Part shown: positions 11,399 to 26,235 of the stretch, piece by piece
Numbering within the stretch: the first letter of the stretch is position 1
Layout: every line of letters begins with the position of its first letter
Assembly (NCBI GenBank): GCA_000320545.1
Contig: ADNK01000443.1
Coordinates: forward strand, 1 to 64,000
Origin: Bigelowiella natans CCMP2755
Lineage: Eukaryota > Protista > Cercozoa
Length of the DNA stretch: 64,000 nucleotides
Reading direction: 5' to 3'
Notes under the pieces: model-generated
Seen by the model: only the letters and a program-made list of their open reading frames with translations
Database searches by the model: none
Told to the model about the DNA's origin: nothing
Made by a program: the position numbers and the translations under genes

Positions 11399-12336
11399 GA
11401 GTGAGAGAATTATTCTGGGAATGGATACATACTTCAGATGGTGTCGTTAATCTATAAGACGGGATGAATGTCACCGCCCCTCGCTTCGCAAAAGCTCTTC
11501 CCACGTTTTGATGCACACCCGTGAATCTGCTCGATATTATTATTTGGTTTCTAACTTCACTATGTTGTGTGAAAGGCAAAGGAGCCAAGAACGAGAGAAT
11601 GTCAAAATACTACACGAAGTCACCTATTTCTCTTCGAAAACCGTTTCCATCCCCCGCCATGAACGAAAATAATGCATGGTTTCAGCTTGCCGTTCGGAAC
11701 GGATTTCCATATTGTCTCGCTCGGGACATACACATCGAGTTTGTGGCGGGAGGTCCGAGCGAACGGATCCGGATGGTAAAACTGCGAATATTTTTAGGGG
11801 GAATGGCTCGAATTAGTTCAAGCCATACAAACACGACCATTTATCGCTGGTGGTGCTTACAATGTCTTCGTGTTCAACGACGAACTCGTCGTTCGTTCTG
11901 TGGCCAATCAATTTGTGCCATAGCCTTTGGTGTAGTGGCGCAGCACTCCCAGTGCTCTCCATCATTCCAGCGACATCCACAGGATTTGCCATGGACCTCA
12001 TGGTCCCCTTCCTACCTTCCTACGGCAGCAAGCAACCAGAGAGGAAGACACGTCTGCTGTGTGCTTATAGCAAGCGACTCTCCAATTCAATACCTGCGAC
12101 AACCGACTTCCATCGTAAACGTATGCCGTTTTAATCATATAAAAGCGTACATTTGTCGTGGTTTAAGACACAGCGACTTGGAGATGGAGCGGTAGGTAGG
12201 TAGTCGTTGTGGAGGGATTGTCGCAGGTGATTATTGCATGGGATTTGACACTCGTCACGTCGTCGGTTTCGGCCTTACCGTTTTGGAGGATATTCGGCCT
12301 AACCACCCCTCGAAGAAAACCCACGAAACGCAACAT
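9599..12336 (-). CDS. Alpha/beta-hydrolase (HGG / GHSAG esterase-lipase family)
   Basis: Exons give IIFVHGGGWKR (~11640-11675), FIPSYRL, HPAHTQDVARAVAWV...FGGDPDNITLVGHSAG (~10830-10955) and a C-terminal GLNHF (catalytic His). The start ATG at 12336 is tentative. Confidence 0.85.
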
Positions 12337-12600
12337 AGAGATTATCTTGGCCCCTCGGCCGCCCACGAAACGAGTCCTCCTCTCTCCACAATTTCGAACA
12401 CATATTTATGTACATGCTGGTTGTGGGTAGGTTTAGGAGAGCAGTGGTGTGATGTTATCATCAGCCGGTGACAACTGTATTAAAGCCAATAACCCCCTCA
12501 GATATTTGCTGCCTCCAAGTTTCCCTCGCCTTTCTAGCTTCCACACCTCACTATTTCTATTAAATAACATTCGTTCTGATGTATGTATTCACTCTCAGAA

Positions 12601-12791
12601 ATGAGCGCATCTGGGGAGGTTGCAAAGGGTGAGCCCGAGAAAAAGGAGGGGGAGATAGAACCTTTCGAGTTCGAGGATGAATTGTATGAGGAAAACCCGT
12701 TCACGGAGCAATGGGACCCTTCCATGTAAGAAGTTCATCAATTTAGTTGTATCGTAGAAATGTTATGATATAAATACACACATACATTCAT

Positions 12792-12847
<56 letters not shown>

Positions 12848-15800
12848 AACATATATGTATATGAAATTATACGTGTGTGTTGGTGGGATGAAGTGTAAAC
12901 ACACGTGTGCATACATCTAAAATACATTTGACTAGATTCTGTGATATATCCTACTTAAACTTTCAAATGTGGTACGTAACTGCTAGGTACACGGAAGAAA
13001 ATAAGACGAAACGTAAGTCTCTTCGAAACGACCCAAACGTTAGAAAAAGGTCAGTGTTCATATTTTGGTCTCAGGAGTAGGCCTGACATTTCATTGCTTG
13101 TTTTTTCAGCATCCAAAAATTTTGGAAGTTGCTTGAAATGAATAACGAGGGAAAACTTACTAAAAAGGTTGGTACTTCTTCCTGTTTATATCATGATAAT
13201 AATCAACGATCTCTCTCTTTCCTCCTCTCATCGGTATAAATATATAATCAGGGATACGAGGAGCTATTTGTTCGAATCTGCAAGGTCATAAGACCAAACT
13301 TTGAGTTGAAGCAGGCGAAGAAGGCTGTTAGTGACGACTTCGAAAGAGATGCACAGGGAGCCGATTCGCTTTCCTACGAAGTCTTCTTTGAATCGATGTT
13401 TGAGTTGGTGGATCTTTGGTATGAATTTAATTAAACCAACATATTCGTCGAACTTAATTATATCAATATATTCGTCCCCTACCCAACTACACTCTTCCCC
13501 CACGCAATGTATTGTTCCTACAAGCTATGTTTCCCCTCATCTAGATTACGTGATGACCCATGTTGTACCGCAAACAGGACGGTGGACATCGATGCCAGCG
13601 AGTATGAGAACTTCCTTGACAAAGTCTTCATGCGCATGACGATTCTTACCCGAACTAACAGTCTTACAGGCGAGACCATGGCGGTAAGTCAAAATGGTTC
13701 AACATGCGGGAGGCAAGGATAAGTGGGATCAAGGGAAGGGAGGGGAAAGGAACAACGGAGGGATAGAGATGGTTTTACGTTATCAGCATATTCTCAACCC
13801 CGTTTTCCCACGCAATATATAGATGAGCCCAAAGTCGCAGGTTGCAAATAAGAGAAGGGAGGAAGCTCGAAATAAAAAGCCACTTCCACAGCCGAGGATT
13901 GTTACAAAGAAGAAGCCTGAGAAGGTCAGTCAATCGATGTATAATTGAAGGTAGATACGTTAATTCCAACCATTCTTTCTGCTAGGCTGTGGAGAAAAAT
14001 AAGAAAACGGAGGAAGTCCTTTCCAAAGAGGCCAAAGAGGAGAAGGGGAAGAAAGTGGGAGGAACAAAAGACGAATCCAAGGAGGAAGTGAAGACTGAGG
14101 CTAAAATTGGCGCTGCAGACGGGGAAGCCACAAAGAGTGGGGACGAAACTGTTAAGAAACAAATGGACGAAAACAAGGAGGAGGTTAAGAAGGAGGAAGT
14201 TGGGGAGGAGGAAGTTAAGAAGGAGGAAGTTAAGAAGGAGGAAGTTAAGGAGGAGGAAGCTAAGAAGGAGGAAGCTAAGGAGGAGGAAGCTAAGAAGGAG
14301 AAAGTCAAGGAGGAGGAAGTTAAGAAGGAGGAAGTTAAGGAGGAGGAAGTTAAGAAGGAGGAAGCTAAGGAGAAGGAAGTTAAGAAGGAGGAAGTAGAAG
14401 CTAAGAAGGAGGAAGCTAAGAAGGAGGACGAAGAGGTGAAGAAAGAGGAAGAAGAAGTTAAGAAGGAGGACGAAGAGGTAAAGAAAGAGGAAGAAGAAGT
14501 TAAGAAGGAGGAAGAAGAAGTAAAGAAAGAGGAAGAAGAAGTAAAGAAAGAGGAAGAAGAAGTAAAGAAAGAGGAAGAAGAAGTAAAGAAAGAGGAAGAA
14601 GAAGTAAAGAAAGAGGAAGAAGAAGCAAAGAAGGAGGAAGAAGAGGTAAAGAAGGAGGAAGAAGAGACAAAGAAGGAGGAAGAAGAGACAAAGAAGGAGG
14701 AAGTCGAGAAGCAGGAAGTAAAGGAGAGAGAAGAGGTAAAGAAGGAGGAAGAAGAGACAAAGAAGGAGGAAGAAGTGAAGACGGAAGTGAAGGAGGAAGA
14801 AGAGGTAAAGAAGGAGGAAGACGTAGAGGAGAAGGTTGAGAAGCAGAAAAAGGAGGAGGAAGAAAAGAAGGACGAAATTGGGAAAGAAGAATCGAAGGTA
14901 GAACTTAAAAAGGAAGAGGAGGAAGAAGTGAAAACGGAAGAAGTGAAGAAAGAAGATATCGACTCTACAGCTGAGAAGGCGAAGAAAGAAGCCAAAGAAG
15001 CCGGAACTAGTGATGAAGCTACCATTACAGAGGCAAAAAAAGAGGCAAAGAAGGAGGAGACGAAGAAAGAGGAGGTTAAAGCGGTCAAGACGGATGGCGT
15101 GAAGACAAATGAAGAGAATGAGGATGAGGGGGAGGGAGCAAAGGAAAAAAAGGAGAAGAAAGTGGTGGAGGAAAAGGGCGAAAAATCCCACATTATCGTC
15201 ACGCACAAGATCGCTCCGTACGAATGCACTCACCCCAAAATACAACATAATATTTGTCCGCTGGAATTTAACATAATCTTCACTACATAGGCTGGATGAT
15301 GTCATCCACCTAGAGGACGAAGGGAAAAAATCTGGCAGAGAGGGAGAAGAGAAGGAGATCTCTGTCTTCGAGAAAAAGAAACAGGTTTTTCTCGCTTTTT
15401 CAAACAGACTGCGCGTGCACACGCATAAACACAGCAAAAAACAGAGAGCAGGGAGTCAGTTAAAAGAACTTAATCATAATCATTACCATCCAGGGAAGCG
15501 GTGAGAGCAGCAGCAGTAAACCAGTGGAGAAGAGACCACAGCAGCCACACATGTCCACTGGATTAAAGAAGAGTGGGACCTGGGGCTCCATGCTTGATTT
15601 AAACTCCATAGCGAGGCCAACATTTGAGACAGATCTTGTCGTCTCTGATGACGCAGAGGAAGCGAAAAATCAAGACATCAACAAATTCGGCCTTGTACAC
15701 TACCGGGAAAAAGCTGTTGTGGGCGGCGGAGAGGTATTTGATTCTTTGCTCTCGAAGAAGAAGAACGATGAGATTACAGAAACTATGCAATTTGTTGTGA

Positions 15801-16455
15801 TAAAGAGCGGTGAGACATTGAAGGCGCATGAAATGATGAAAGGATGAACGTGTGCATTCCTCTTGCTTCTTCGCTTGGCGTCATCTTTTCCTGCTACTAT
15901 CAATATCCCTCCTATGTTCCAGGTCCGAGCTTCCCATCCGATGTCGCTGGCCATAGTCGGCACTCCTGGTTTAGGAATCGATTCTTTGGCAAACGAAGTG
16001 GCTTCTGAGCTAGGTCTTTTTCCAAATCGCACGCGACTGCAGCCATCCCTCTCCCACGCATTGAGCGGTGTCACTTAATTCCAAAGTGGTAGAAAATGAC
16101 GTCGAACGACTCCACCTTATCATCTGTATTACTTTTGTTTTCCAATCCTACACGTATAGCTCTCGAAAGAATAAACCTTGCAAAGCTGAAGGCGCATGCA
16201 GAGGAGATGAAGGACTCTCATCCGGAATTGAAAAAGGCGATGGAAGGGATCGAAGCTGACCCACTGGGAAATGGCCAGCATCTATCTACTGTCTTGGCAT
16301 CTCTTCGCAAGGTAATAGATTGTCGAGCCAGTATGCTAGATCCCAGTGCACGCATTATTAACGGCGAAATGACATCGGTGCCAACTGTTCCCTTTTTCTT
16401 TTTTTAAAAAAATTGTGTGTCGAGCATTTTGAAATTTGCTAAAATATTGGGCGCG

Positions 16456-16493
<38 letters not shown>

Positions 16494-16953
16494 TGTGGTG
16501 TGTGTTTGAGCGTATAATTTATATTGTTAAATATATAAATACGCATAAATAGTTTCTGAAAAGTAAACGAATGTTTTCGTGATTTTCATGAAGGTATCCC
16601 AAGCAGTGCAATACCGTGGGTATTTGATAGATTCCGCAGCGCTACCTATATCTGCCCTCGAAGCACCTCTCTTGGGAAGTATGGGAGATGGTGACAGTGG
16701 CAACAACGATCCTGTCGAGTTTGTTGTGGTTCTTCCGGCTCGAAAGGGAACTGAACTGGAGGAGAAGGCAGGATGGACAGCGAAAGCCGAGGAGGAGTTT
16801 ACCCGTGCTCTAAAGCATCTTTACCCGAAGTTGGAAGAGCAATATGCGCAAAGAAAGCTCAAGGTATGTGTGTGTGTGAGAGAGAGAGGGGGGGGGAGGG
16901 GGGAGTCGAGGCATGCGATCGAAGAACTATCTTTCGTCCTACTCTCATCTATC

Positions 16954-16986
<33 letters not shown>

Positions 16987-17833
16987 CAGTTGCTTAGCAT
17001 GGAGCCTGTAGGACTGCCTACAGACCAGTCTGCCGTGATCGACGCGATCAATGAGGTAGAAAAAAGCAACACCAGGATATGCGCAAAATCCTGCATGTGT
17101 GGGGTGATGATAGTGATGGAGACGAAGGAGAAGGGAAAGATCGTAGGAACAACCTAGTCGTCGTGGTTCCGGTCTGACTTCGGTTTCACATGAAATGCAG
17201 GCGATGATTCATGTGCTTCTAGAATAGAATCAAGGAAGGCATCTATGATATACCATCGTGCTCAGATACATCCTCTAATAACTGTACACCAAGACAGATA
17301 TGATGTGTTCGCTTTGAAACTTTTTTTCCGGTGTGCTAACGAGTACATAATTATTGCTTTGAATTTATCCAATATAGTTGGTCGGATTCTGCCGGTTTCG
17401 CGAGGCAGTGACGGTAAGACCTATCGCTTCTATTGCAAAAGCTGAAAAAGAAGGAGTTGGGGATGCTGATGATGCCGGAAAGGACGGAAAGAAGGAGGAT
17501 GTCACTGACACAACGCTAACGTCTTCTGAGGAGGAAGGGGAGACGGCGAAGAAACTCACCAAAGCTCTTTTTACAGCCCTTGGTTATAATCCCACCGGCC
17601 ACGGGGGCGACAGCAACGGCGATAATAGCGCGGTCGGCAATGAGAATAGCAAGGAGAAAAGTATTAGCACTGACCTACTTGAGCAGAATCTTGATGTGGA
17701 GCTGCGGTTTGGTGCTTGGGGGCAGTTCTGTCCTGTAACGCTCAAAGAGAAGGGGATATTAGTAAAAGGAGACGCAAAACGATACGCTGCTGCTTTCAAC
17801 GGAACGCTTTACGCCATGGTCAAAAGTGGCTTT

Positions 17834-17868
<35 letters not shown>

Positions 17869-17962
17869 AAAAAAAATGCTTGCCATCGTTCTAAACATGC
17901 TATGTGCTTTGTCTCTCTTTTTTCTGCCTGTCTAACACCCATACCTTGAAAATATATATATA

Positions 17963-18006
<44 letters not shown>

Positions 18007-18505
18007 CAACATGAGTATGTGTGTGTTTGTCTACGTATTTATCTCTTCCCCTTTCTTCTCTATATTTTGTTATTCAGGTGGGCGAGAAAGAAAGAATAAA
18101 GTTCGTGAACAATCCGACCCGCTACATAACCGCTAGCGGACCGTCGTTGCCAAAGAAGGGCTATGTCGTTGCACTTGCAAGCTCCTCGGAGGCCCAGCAA
18201 GAAGAGGTCAAGAAGCATGCAGATCTGGCGGCGAAGGAGTATGGGTGGAAATCTTACAATTCTATTGAGGAAGCTGCGAAGGAAGCTGAAAAAGAAGGAG
18301 ACCACAGCCAGATATCAAGTGGAGTTATCGTGATTGAGGGCAAAGAGGGTGTAGAGGCCCTTTCTGCTAAAGGCGTCGTTCCTTCCATCGTCGTAGCTCT
18401 GGAGGAGAGGAAGGAGAAGAAGAAGAAGGAGGTTGTATCAGCGCAAAGGCTTGGAGTGCTTTCAAATTAAATTGCAGATTTGGCTTCCTTTCCTATTATT
18501 CTTCT

Positions 18506-18548
<43 letters not shown>

Positions 18549-21500
18549 CTTTTCTCTACACCCCTTCCCCATATATGTATGAATTTTTATGCCCCCCAAA
18601 AGAAAATCAAACGTGTTATCTAAAATAGGATGCAGAGGCGGGAGAGGGGGCTGATTTACTCTCGAATGCAGTGAGAGCCGCAGGAACTAAGTAAGAAGAT
18701 GGCTCGCAATCTTTCGCTTTTTTAAACTTCAAAATAAGAAACTCGGGGCGAAAATATCCAATAATATAATTTATAAAAACGAAAAATAAACTGCCGAATA
18801 GCTTTCACATGGTAAACTGAAACATAATTTCATAAGAAACACAAATTTAAGGAATTGTGCGCACCCTTTTCAAGTATTTGAGTGATTATTACCTCAGTTT
18901 AAGATTCTATCTTGATATTGTGTTGTGGATGCGTACGCTAGATTCGCAAAGGTAATTGTCCAGAAACAGAAGGAGGAAGAGAGCAGCAAGGGCAAAGAAC
19001 AGGTTGAATAACCTTTTCCCTCTCCATGATTCCTCTATGAATCTGTAAGTAGAAGTGTATTGTTTCTAATATGTACGCGCACGCGTGTGTGTGTTTGCAC
19101 ATTCCCTACCCATTCCCCTAGGCATTTGAAGTTGCACACAAGGAGATCTTGATCAATTTGGACCCTCTGCTACGCCGTGCAATTGGCTCAAAGCAGCCGG
19201 AAGTTGCTGTCCAGAATAGAGACAGCAGCAGTGACAGCAGCAGCAGTAGCAGTAGTTTGATAAAGGCCCTCGGGTTCGGAGGGCGAGCGTATTGCCCGGT
19301 TGCTCTTATTGAGCGCAAAGCTCTTGTCCCTGGTGCTGGTGCTGGGGGTAGTAGCGAAGACGGTGAGAGCAAAGGCGGCAAGCTAGCGGATGTGGAGGCT
19401 GGGGGCGTTGTCTATTCTTGCGCGGACAAGGAATCTGCTGAAAAACTGCGCTCCGACCCTGGGAAATTCGAGCTCGAAAGGGACCCAACTATCGGCTTTA
19501 ATGTAACGATCAACGAAAGAACCAAAACAATTTTTTTTCCCCCCGTATTATACCTGAGAGGAGGGGGGCTCAGATGGAAGAGCGATGATGAAATAAAAAG
19601 CGATGGTTAGTAAAGCAGATACGACAAAGATATTTCCTTTTCCCCCTACCGTTACAGTTTTCAGCTTTCTTCTCCGTCTCCCTCAGATTGTCATCATCGA
19701 TTATTTGTGTTCCTTCCATGAATAGTTTGAGGATCCTCGCGTGCTTGTCGTTGGCCCGCCTGGCGCTGGGAAAAGAACCGTTGCAGACGGAATGGCTCGC
19801 GAACTGACTCATCTCGGTGTCGAAGACATCGAGGTCAAATCAATCAAAAAATTGCTCTTAAAGCCTCTCCGAGAGCGCGTACGCGCAGACCTGCAGAAGC
19901 ATCTGAGTGATGGCAAGAAGGAGCGAGCGAAGCTTCTTGCATTCTGCGAGGAGAAATCGAACCTCAACGACGACGTGCTAGAAAGCATTGATGAGGCGTA
20001 TAAGACCATAAATGGTGAGGAAGAAAATGGGGGCTCTATGTCATTTGCCGACGCTCTGACAAAGTCGATGAAAGTCGTCAGGCAGAATCTGGGCCAGCAG
20101 AGGAAGTAAGAATCTTTAAGAAACTTCAATATTATTTCTTTCCCCCTACTTTTGCCGGATGTCCGTCGGATATTACGTTCTGCCACCATACCCATCTCTT
20201 CTTGACTCTTACCTCTGTGAAATAACTGTGATTGAAATAGATCAAAAGGCATACACATCAACATATTATGTATAATATTAGTTACATTTTTTACTCATTT
20301 ATGTGTGATATACATATTCTTGTTAACCCTTGGGATCTGATTCATTATTCTTTTCTTTCCTGCCTCCCTTTTCATCTCCTTCCTCTTTCTTCTCGGATCT
20401 AGGGGGTGGATCGCTGCACTGGACGTGTACCACCCAGGCGCCGAAAAGGCAATCCGAAACGGTCTCCTTGGGGGCAAGGAGGCTGGTATTCCGCACCTCA
20501 TTATCAACATAAATTGCAGCAAGGATGCTTCTCAGGAACGCTTCTTGCGCTACGAAGGCACGGAAATTGAAAAGAAAGTGACCAAGACCATCGAAATGCT
20601 CTCGGTGCAGCATGATGTAGCTGTGCAGGAAGCGCGAGACAAGCAGAGAGCCAAAGGAACCGTGACGAAGGAAGACGTTGAAGAAGTCTTCAAGAAGTAA
20701 TATATGAAGAGACGATTGTAATCAGAACTTGTATGAGGCTGAGGAAAAGAAGGAGGGGGTGGAGAGTTTAATTAGGATTTTAATGTTCAAATTTACACTT
20801 TTTACATTCTCATCCCGAACACAGACGCACGCAGATACACACATATACCTTTACAGACGTGCTTGTACGTGTACACTTGTGTGGCCAGTCACCGATAGAA
20901 TTTCTCAAATTTTGACCAAAGAAGCAGCAATATCGTGATAACACACAGCTTTTGGATGATTACTAAGCCCTTTCTTTCGACTATGCTACTCGTAGAAATG
21001 GGATCGCCGTGATGACAGAAGAGAAGTGCGAGGAACTCGCAAAGATAATATCAGTAGATCCCAAAGACGAGGCGGTGGAAACTCGCCGTGAGCGTCTCGA
21101 AAAGGAGCACAGCTGTTTCAAAGGTACAACTACCTTCTTCACTATGTTGCGTCTTTTTTTGCTTTTTTCTATATCTCCGTGCCGCAAAAAGTGAAGCATA
21201 CAGTAACCAGATTTTAATCATCAGACGTCATGTCCGAATTACGCGTCGCCGAAGAGAAGAAAATGGAGGAGGAGCTCAAGAAGGAGAGTGTGAAGCTGTT
21301 CGCTGCCGCGGACATCCTGCTGCCTAAATTGGTTGCTCCGATCTCCCGCTATCCAAAGCTTCCCGAAACACTCGATGGCACGATGCCGGACGCCATGCTT
21401 ACGATGAAGGGGATGAACATCGCGCGCGAGTTGATGCGTGCGAGGAGAGCTGGGTTCTCCCCTCCACAGCCCGTTACTTCCGGGGACGCCATGGCGTTAC

Positions 21501-23581
21501 TGCGTTTAGGTGTCAAGAAGTTGACGAAGAAGTTCGGCACAAGATGCCCAGTGGGAACGACGGAGGGACCAACTACCAGTCTGCCCGCGAGACCCTCCAC
21601 CCACTCTTCGTCGCACAAAAATAAGGGAGCCACGCAGCACCTGGCCACGACTACCCAGGAAAGCTTTCCCGTGGCCTGGAGGAGATACATTGTGTTCTGC
21701 GGATCAGACCACGCCCGGCGAAAGTTCATGGAAAATGTCCAATTATACCTCTCACCCCCTGCGCGCCCGAACAACTTCACCAAGAAGGACGCCATGCCAC
21801 CAGCAGCCACGGGCAGTGCTGAAAAGGGAGATGACGTTGCGAGTGGCGACGACACGAAAGAAGAAGATAGAGAAGGTAAACTATTGCAGAAATCGGCCGC
21901 GGACAGCGCTAAAAAGGGAGATGACGTTGCGAGTGCCGACGAAACGAAAGAAGAAAATAGTAAGCCTGACGCTACGACGACTACGAAAAGTGGTAAGAAC
22001 AGCATCGAGGTTGGCCTGGGGTCGAAGAGTAGGAATGAGGTGGTGGAGAAGATGGCGAGTACGCGTGTGCCGCACAAAGTATGCGTGCTGGGAGGGCCAA
22101 GAAGCGGGCGCGCTCGAGTTGCCGAGGACCTTCAGAATGCTTTAGGCCTCGAGCTATTCAGTCGTAGGAGTATGCTTGCGTCCCTGGTTAATGGCGAGTG
22201 TGGGAAGGGCTTTCAGCACCTCGAGGCGAAGGCTAAGGCCACGCTGGAGTCGGACAACACTAATGGCGCTGCCGAAAGGGAGGGCTCCTCCAAGAATATC
22301 AATGATGAGGAGATGACAGAGATCGTTAAGCATTTTATTCAAAGGCCAAAGAGCAGGCTGCGTGGATGGGTGCTTGAGGGGTATCCTGAAACCCTGGGTG
22401 AGGCGAAGGGCATGAAGGCACATTCTATTGTCCCGTACCAAGTCTTTCAGCTCGGGGGCGAGAAAAAGCAGTTGCTGGGGAGGATACTGGATGATAAAGA
22501 TAAAAAGCTGTCCTCGTCAGAGAAGAAAAAGGAAGGAGGGGAGGAGCAGGCTAACGAGATCAGTCGTCTGAACAAGTACTTCAAGCACAACATGGACGTG
22601 CAAATCCACTTTCAGTGCACATATGATAATCTACACTGCCTCAATTCCAAGCTGACCCCCTGGAGAATGTCGAGAAAAGTCATCGATTCCGTTCACGACA
22701 GTATGAACCGAAGACGAGCTTTTCATGCCTCGTGGAGGGCTGGGAGGCCCGCTCGGCTATACGGTATGGCTGTGACGCAAGAACAGCTGCAGACGAGGCT
22801 GAACAAGGCATATGGCTGGTATTGTCCCGTAAGTTGGATCGAGGAGCAAGCCCTGCGGAAGCGGGTGTACGACTACAGATTTATGGCTCTCTTTAAAGGG
22901 GGGGTCTTCTGCCTCGCAGACGAGGCTAAGCTCGCTATGTTTGAGAAGAACCCGGAAAAGTACGCGCAAAAGGAAGGAAAGGGCCTTCCCAGCGACCTCC
23001 CGATTCGCCTTGACTATATACACGCCCACGTACTAAAAGCGAAGGACTGTGTTCTACGAGGGAAGGATCCTGTGGACACGAAGAAGATACAAGATACAAA
23101 CGTCAAGAACGTGGTCCCAGCTGATGGTAGGGAGTCGCTAGTGGTCAAATATAAGGGTAGGCATTATAGGTTCAAAGACGAGCAAAACCTTGAGGAGTTT
23201 ATGATATTTCCACGAAAATATGAGAATGTTGCTCTGCCGTCTCTGGAGGACATGCTTAAGGACTTGTTGGGCTCTTTGGGGAAGACAATGGCGGAACCGT
23301 TGATAGATGCGATGACCCACTTAGGAAAAAAGCGTCCAATATACCCCAGCGCAAAAGCCCCAGAATCCGCAGCACTCTTCGTTGCGCTGCATCTTAAGGC
23401 TTTCAACGCGAAGAAGGGAGACGAAGAGCTGAAGATTTGTAAAAACGGCCTGAATGAATTCATCAAGGCCTGTAGTGTTGCTACGAAGTTGTCCAAAGCT
23501 TACAATCAGAAGGACGAGGAGGAAGCTACATTCTTGGCCAAGCTATATGATTTCTACGCCCTCGCTGCTCCTAAAACATGA
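12601..23581 (+). CDS. Giant adenylate kinase 9-like protein with an N-terminal EF-hand-like domain and a Lys/Glu-rich linker
   Basis: About 20 GT-AG exons; the junctions I checked join in frame. Repeated YHS-like units (FGAWGQFCPVTL...FVNNPTRY; YGWYCPVSW...FEKNPEKY), P-loop VVGPPGAGKRT, RGWVLEGYPET, and C-terminal ESAALFVALHLKAFN, as in AK9. The last exon is 21225-23581. Confidence 0.8.
14175..14830 (+). repeat. Coding tandem repeats: 15-bp (KKEEV) then 21-bp (KKEEEEV) units
   Basis: (aagaaggaggaagtt)n followed by (aagaaagaggaagaagaagta)n within the 13987-15217 exon of the AK9-like gene. Confidence 0.95.
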
Positions 23582-24334
23582 TGGTTGGCTGGCGGTCGGT
23601 AGCAGGAACGGATTCGTTGCAACACTCAAGAAGTTGTGCTAAGATCAATGTGCACGCCTCTCGTGCGCAAATGCCTGTACACCCTTGCTAGCTTGGATGT
23701 GTGCATGACATGCACATGGCGCATGGCGTGTGGCGGGTGCGCATTCTGCAATGCAATCATAGAAAACGCGAGCATTAAAACTTTTCATGCAATGCTCATC
23801 CTAATGTAGCTATGTTGTAGCCTATGCATGCAGGGACTCTAGTTAATTCCCTGAGCGGCAGTGCATGCATGTTTAAAAATGTCGCATAGTGCTTTGCAAC
23901 GTTTATTTTGGTATATTGGTGGGACATGTGTCTCTAGTTTCCTACAACTCCAGCGAGTTTGCTACTACCCGTGGCCGGGAAAGAGATGCGAGAACTTTAT
24001 TTCCGATCATTTTAACCTTGTATGTCATATATAGTTCACATTTGGCGTTGCTTTGTTGCTATACCCGCATACATCAAGCGACAGACAGAGCATTTATAAG
24101 CTTTTTAATTAATTGTATATTGCGATGTTCGGTAGTCTATCTAGCTGGCCCCGTCTAGCCGTATATTGCTTGCGGTGCGCAAGAATCTGCCGCTTTGGTG
24201 TCCCAATCTAGCAATACGGGCAAAAGCAGCGTGGAGAGCTCTCCTTGCCGAATATGACTACATAAGCGTTCTTTCATAAACTTCATTTTATTGTCACTTT
24301 CATTCCAGATCCCATGATAAATGCATCATCTTGC

Positions 24335-26197
24335 TCAAACAATCTCATCTCCTTTTCCCCAATCAGTTTCCTTAATTCCAACTTTCTTTCGGCCCGACGA
24401 ACTACGAAGGCTGTGCGCAATCACCCGATCAAACTCTAACGATGCGACTGGACTGGGTATCTGGCGTATATTTGATTCGTGCAATGGGTTGTCCTTTCCT
24501 GCCGGAAAGCCACACCTCTCGTAGAGCTTGACACGTTCCTTGTAGGCTGGATAGATCGTCACGCGCGACTCCTCTGCAGCGTTCCCTGGGATGAAGATAC
24601 TGCGCTGGGACGTCGACGACCCAGCTAGCACTTTAGCGTCGGTTACAACCAGCTGGCCGATGAGGTGGGATATGGTGGTAAAATCGTATCGGGCTCCGAA
24701 ACTCTCCCCGCAGTTTGCGCACTTGCTTACTGTCATCTCGAATCGCCCGAAGCTTGCGTGATTGAATTCCACCTTATTCGAGAACGCAACGGCTCGTGGT
24801 TGCCAGTTCTTATACGTCCGCGCCGGGCCGTGCCAGTTATGTTGTCCAGGCTGCAACTCTCCCTCGAAAAGGGCGGTGGAGCACTTTGCACATGACAAAG
24901 AACTTGCCTTTGGAAGCTTCAAAAGACTTGCGCCACATGTCGATTGCAACACTGTATAGGCACGTCCGCAGGCGTTGATCCGTTGGTCGAGAAAAGCAGC
25001 CTTCAGTTCTTTCTTGTCGATCTCCCCGTCGCCATCGACATCGAGAGCGTGCAGGCACTCGTCGATAGCACTGCCGAGTTGCGTATCGTCGCTGCCTTGA
25101 ATCGCAAGCGCTTCCTTCAGCAGATCGACCAACTCGCGCCCCCCGATGCTATTGCTCTTATCCTTGTCGTACCTGCCGAAGTAGTAGTCTACTGTTTGAT
25201 CTACTTGCCCACCCAGTGCCGGGTGAAGCACGCGCGCGTCATCAAGGGACGTCTTGAGAGGTGGGATGGTATCCGTCGCCACGTAGTTGGTGAAGTCACC
25301 GATATTGCCGTTCTGCGGCTCGATGAGCACCCATCCAGCCCCCTCGATGTATGCCTCGGCGCATGCGTGCATGGTGGAGGGATGCCACTTGGCCACCTCG
25401 GACTCTCGCATGATGTTAGTCACCAATCGAGCAGGAATGCCTACTGAGCGACACGCACTGACCATGACTGCACTGTACCTTCCGCACTGCCCGTAGCCTG
25501 TCTTGAACGCGTGGGACGGCGGCTTTCCATTGTTTTGCATGTCCTTGCCAGCATGATACTGGATGTGTGAATATATCCTTCGAGCGAGTTGCTGAACGAA
25601 GAAATAATCTGGCATCCCTTCGGGGCGGTGGAGTCCCCTCCTGCAAAGCTCCGAGAGCATGGCCTTCGAGTCGCCCGCGTGACTTACCGCAGCATTCCAG
25701 AGGTACCTCTCACGCTCCTTCGGGTCCAGTTTCTCTGGTGCCACAGGCTCGAATCTATCGTCGAGCTCCGACGCGATGCCCTTTGCAACCGCTTCGTACG
25801 AGACGAGACGAGTCTCATATTGAGTGATTTTGTGTATGATCCTCACCCGACTGATATCCTTCATGTCGATAATGGCGGCCGTCATCGATTTTAGTCCACT
25901 AATTTTGACAACCTTCGTCACTTCCCCCCCTTCCCGTGTCGCGGTGAGATGGATATCGACTGAGACGCTCTGTGCGCGACTGCCCGACGCCTCTTCATCC
26001 ATGAGGTTGCCAGCGAACACGAAAGCCTTCTCGTAGTCTTTCCATTTGACCTTGCTCTCCATCGGAACTAGGCGCTGGGGGGAAAAAATAATAATAATCC
26101 GTTCTCTTCCCCTAGCCGTTATCCCGTTCTTTCTCCTCACTTTCTCTTTGGCTTTCTTTTTCTCTTTCCCCCCCCCCTCTCTCTCTGTATTCGTGTG

Positions 26198-26235
<38 letters not shown>

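Noticed and set aside
13926-15437. Long minus-strand ORFs rich in Phe/Leu or Ser/Phe (503 and 415 aa)
   Set aside because: Antisense shadows of the purine-rich KE repeat exon on the plus strand.
15810-15930. Apparent non-canonical (GA/GG) splice donor in the AK9-like gene
   Set aside because: A canonical G|GTGAG donor at ~15810 paired with a downstream AG restores the frame.
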